Made by a program: the position numbers and the translations under genes
Notes under the pieces: generated by a model
The model's input: only the letters and a program-made list of their open reading frames with translations
Told to the model about the DNA's origin: nothing
Databases searched by the model: none
In this document: positions 1-64,000 of the stretch, one piece after another
Layout of the letters: every line of letters starts with the position of its first letter
Position numbering within the stretch: position 1 is the first letter of the stretch
Source of the DNA: Eledone cirrhosa
Taxonomy: Eukaryota
Length of the DNA stretch: 64,000 nucleotides
NCBI GenBank assembly: GCA_964016885.1
Contig: OZ024755.1
Coordinates: 3,658,001 to 3,722,000 of the forward strand
Direction: 5' to 3'

Positions 1-86
1 AGAGGTAGGCGAAGAAGTGGGAGAAGAAGAAGAAGATTACTAATACGAGCTTGCGAATGTCAACTACAGAACAGAATAAAGCTTAC

Positions 87-59653
<59,567 letters not shown>

Positions 59654-60015
59654 CTGATTCAATAAAGAAACAACACATTTCATTTCAAACATTTATGTCA
59701 TCATTATGATCACAGTTGAACGGTGGATTGGCAGAGTCGGTAGAGGGTCGGACACCATGCTTTGATGCATAGAGTTACGGCCCTTGCCATTCTGAGTTCA
59801 AATCCCGCCGAAGTTTACTTTGCCTTTCATCCTTACGGGGTCGATAAAATAAAGTACCTGTAATGCACTGGGGTAATTGCTGGCCTTGTGCCTAAAGTAG
59901 AAACAATTATTGTCACAGTTGAACATTCCTGACAAAGTCTCTCAATAATCCATGATTTTCCATTGTTTCTGGCAACTGTTTCCTTACTGGAAGTTTGTTG
60001 TATCGGCTGAGAGTT

Positions 60016-60026
60016 GTATATATACA

Positions 60027-60100
<74 letters not shown>

Positions 60101-60122
60101 TGTGTGTGTGTATATATATATA

Positions 60123-60153
<31 letters not shown>

Positions 60154-60172
60154 GTGTGTGTGTGTATATATA

Positions 60173-60213
<41 letters not shown>

Positions 60214-60482
60214 ATATATATATGTGTATGTGTATGTGTGTGTGTGTGTGTGTATATATATGTGTGTGTGTGTGTATATATATATATATGTGTATGTATA
60301 TATATATGTGTGTGTGTGTATATATATATATGTGTGTGTGTGTATATATATATATATATGTGTGTGTGTATATATATATGTGTATGTGTATATATATATG
60401 TGTGTGTGTGTATATATATATGTGTGTGTATATATATGTGTGTGTGTATATATATATATATATATGTGTGTGTATATATATA

Positions 60483-60513
<31 letters not shown>

Positions 60514-60582
60514 TTATACTCTGCTTTGTATTGAGTACCTTACTTTTTGTGGTTACCCCCGATTGAACCCTGGATAAACTTA

Positions 60583-60665
<83 letters not shown>
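60016..60665. repeat. Compound (TG)n/(TA)n microsatellite; similar tracts at 2044-2375, 9383-9890, 25800-26215, 39210-40140, 50170-50895 and 63715-63953
   Basis: Read directly; source of the C/V/Y/I pseudo-ORFs. Confidence 0.95.
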
Positions 60666-60666
<1 letters not shown>

Positions 60667-61938
60667 AATAGTAGTTTTGGAAGCCTCAACAATGCAGATG
60701 GGTAAATCTCCAGGTAACAAAACCAGGTGGTAATGAGATGAGAGACAGAAGTAGGAAGAAGGATAGAAAGAGACATATTACTACCACTACTACCACCACT
60801 ACTACTACTACTTTCACCACTACTACTACTACCACTTTCACCACTGCTACTACTATTACTACTACCACCACCACCACTACTACCACTTTCACCAATACTA
60901 TTACTATTACTACCACTACCACCACTACTATTACTACAACCACCACTACCACCACTGCTACTACTATTACTACCACTATCACCAATACTACTATTACTAC
61001 CACCACTGCGACAGCTATATTTTTTAGAAGCTGATGTTGATAAAATGTCTCTTGATGAAAGAAAATAGTTAAAACAAACCCAGAAGAACCAGATTTAGTT
61101 ATCAATAAAACAAGAAAGAACATATTTCACTCAAGGCAATGTTCCAATTACTTCATAAATCAATAATATTTGGATCCTAAGATTCTAATGACAGGCTAAT
61201 GAAGGAAATAATTGTAGATGACCCCCCCCCCCCCACACACACACCGTAAGGAAATATGGCTGGATTTAATCATCATTATTGTCATAGTTCGTTACTTATC
61301 TTTCTTATTAACCCTTTAATGTTCAAACCGGCCAAAACCGGCCAGAATTCTCTACCGCTTTCTGTTGAAACTGGCTGTAACTGGTTGCTCAAACTGATGT
61401 TAAGGTATTGTTCTCAAAATAAATACTTTCAAAATCTTATAGATTCCATATTATGTGAGATAATTATGTGAGGTAAAGCCTTTACCATGAAAATATAATA
61501 GTATATATAGAGTAATGTAAATGTTATGTGAGATATTATGTGAGGTAAAGCCTTTACTGTGAAAATACAATAGTATATAGAGAGTAATGTGAATGCTAAA
61601 GGGTTAAGTATAGGACATATTTCTTGTTTCCTTCAGGTTTCTTTGGATTTGCCTTCATTTCATCCTTTGTCTTTATTCTCTGTCTTTTTCACAGATATAA
61701 CAGTTTAACCCATTACATTACTCTATATATACTATTGTATTTTCGTAGTAAAGACTTTATCTCACATAATATCAAATCTATGAGATTTTGAGAACAATAC
61801 CTTAACTTCAATATGAGTGGATGGTTACAGCCAGTTTGAACAGAAAGAGGTGAGATAATTCTGACCGGATATGGTTGATTTAAATGCTAAAGGGTTAAAC
61901 CTTTTGTTACCACATTTCTGAGAAAATAAGGAATGGAA

Positions 61939-61976
<38 letters not shown>

Positions 61977-63952
61977 TGTGTGTGTGTTTAAGTTTATTAA
62001 AGAAAGATGAACAAAAAAATGAGGTTGATGAAACAAAGAAAAGATATTCTAGAAAGGAAAGAAAATGCAAAGTTGGTTTGCGATATTAAGAGTTGAAATT
62101 AGTAAAACAGAGCGCTGCTTTGAAACAAGGACAATGGAAACTTAATGAAATGAATAGCTTGGCAATAGATTGGTAAAGATGGTAACTTGTTGGAACAACA
62201 TAGTTTTGTTTGATTTGCTTTGGAATTTGTTGTGAGTCTCTCCATTGATGTGGTCCAACTCTGGCAAGATGGAACATCACCAAACACTTGACAACTTTCA
62301 ATAGAATACAGAACAGACTGCTATTGGGGGTAACACGAGAGTTAAATGTCTGGTATAGTGTAGAATAGAAAGTTATATATATATATTATATATAATAAAT
62401 TGAAGTGAAAACCAACAGGTGCATGTGTTTTTATTGGCAACATGACCCTTCCAAAGTATAACAATATCTGTTTCAACATGTGTCGAAATATATATAGAGG
62501 GGGGGGGGTGAAGGAGACAACAATAAAATCACATAACAGGATAATTGAAACAACTGTAGCTTTGTGAAATATGTGGTTGACCGCTACAACCTTGAGTGTA
62601 GGGAGAGATGGAGAGAGAGGGGATGGAGAGAGAGATGGAGAGAGAGAGAGATGGAGAGAAAGAGAGATAGAGAAATATATATATAGAGAGAGTGAAGAAT
62701 TGAATTTCCATGGAAACATTAGTGAGCAGTGGAGATATATGAATGGGATGTATCAACCACTGATTCACAACATATTTCTAAGCTTCGTTTCCTCTACGTC
62801 TCTCTCTCTCTCTCTCTCTCACATCTCTATATCACTCTCTCTCTCCCTCACATCACTATACCCCTCTCCCCCTCTCTCTCACATCTCTATATCACTCTCT
62901 CTCTCTCTATATATATATCTTGTTATTATTTTGTTATTTATGTCAAAATTATTATTATTATTATTATTATTTTTTTTTTTTGTTTCAAATTATATTTTTA
63001 CTGTTTCATGACAATGATTATAAAATAATTACTGGAATAATTTCAATTTTTTAAATTGAATTAACAATGATAATGATAATAATGAAAATGATAATAATAA
63101 TAATAATGATGATAATGATGTGATGATGATGACAATAGTGATGATGACAATGATAATGGCAATGTCACCAACAACTATAATAACTAATAGTGAAATAAAA
63201 TAGAAAAAAAAAGAATGTAGGCTTGATAACAACAACAGTACCAACAACAACAACAACAACAGCAACCAAAAAATAACAACAGCAACAACAACAACAGCTG
63301 AATTATAAAATAATGTTAGAAGGATAAAAATAAAAAAAAATTAAATATATAATAAATATATAATAAATATTAAGACTAAAAATAATAAAATGATGATGAT
63401 GGGGAGGTGGAAGGGGAGGACGTAGAATACCCCCCCCCCCCCCCAAAAAAAATGTACTTAAATTGCAATAGATTCAAACTTAATACACTGAAGTGAATTG
63501 AATGTTCAATATATTGTAAAAAGTATGAAATAAATCAGTAAAAATAAATTTAATTATAACATTAGCGACTGCATCTAAAATATAATCATTCTGAAGTGAA
63601 GTATTAAAAAATATATACTGTACATGTGGTGTGGAATCAGTAAATACTGTACTGTACATGTGGTGTGTACATGTGGTGTGTACATGTGGTGTGTACATGT
63701 ATGTATATTTTGATATATGATGATGATTATATATATTATATATATATTATATTATAAATATATATATATATATACATATATATATACACATATACATATA
63801 TATAAGTATATATATGTATATAAGTATATATATATACATATATATATAAGTATATATATGTATATAAGTATATATATATACTTATATATATATGTATATA
63901 TATATATATAAGTATATATATATACTTATATATATATGTATATATATATATA

Positions 63953-64000
63953 TAGGAAAAAGAGTCAAGACCCCGACGGCTGAGCTCCGGCCATTTCGAC
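63953..64000 (-). mobile_element. Family E inverted arm (runs off window)
   Basis: Reverse complement is GTCGAAATGGCCGGAGCTCAGCCGTCGGGGTCTTGACTCTTTTTCCTA, with the same TA junction as 40841. Confidence 0.6.

Noticed and set aside
62090-62340. Unique, moderately GC-rich stretch as candidate first TBC1D32 coding exon
   Set aside because: No frame resembles the expected N-terminus and I found no convincing phase-2 donor. The first exon is probably beyond 64000.

Overview
AT-rich, microsatellite-dense eukaryotic DNA. The repeat families look like those of an octopod cephalopod (inference). One gene spans almost the whole window on the minus strand: a TBC1D32 (broad-minded/BROMI) orthologue. I reconstructed 25 GT-AG coding exons by hand (59653 down to 87, 2792 nt, about 930 codons) with consistent phases. 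The start exon and the C-terminal exons lie outside the window. The introns hold two tRNA-derived SINE families, RTE and CRE-like LINE remnants, Tc1/mariner, piggyBac-like and hAT-like MITEs, and several minisatellites. The most notable unexplained signal is a set of about ten short inserts, nearly all in (TA)n tracts, from at least six unrelated sequence families. They carry minimal type I hammerhead ribozyme cores or their 3' halves, often with a fold-back inverted 5' end, which is the anatomy of Penelope-like-element pLTR fragments. Two complete cores (41189-41255 and 3964-4024) lie in the sense of the TBC1D32 pre-mRNA. Several inserts are truncated or folded back right at the hammerhead stem II/GAAA junction. 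Protein comparisons are from memory of vertebrate TBC1D32; no alignment or folding program was run.
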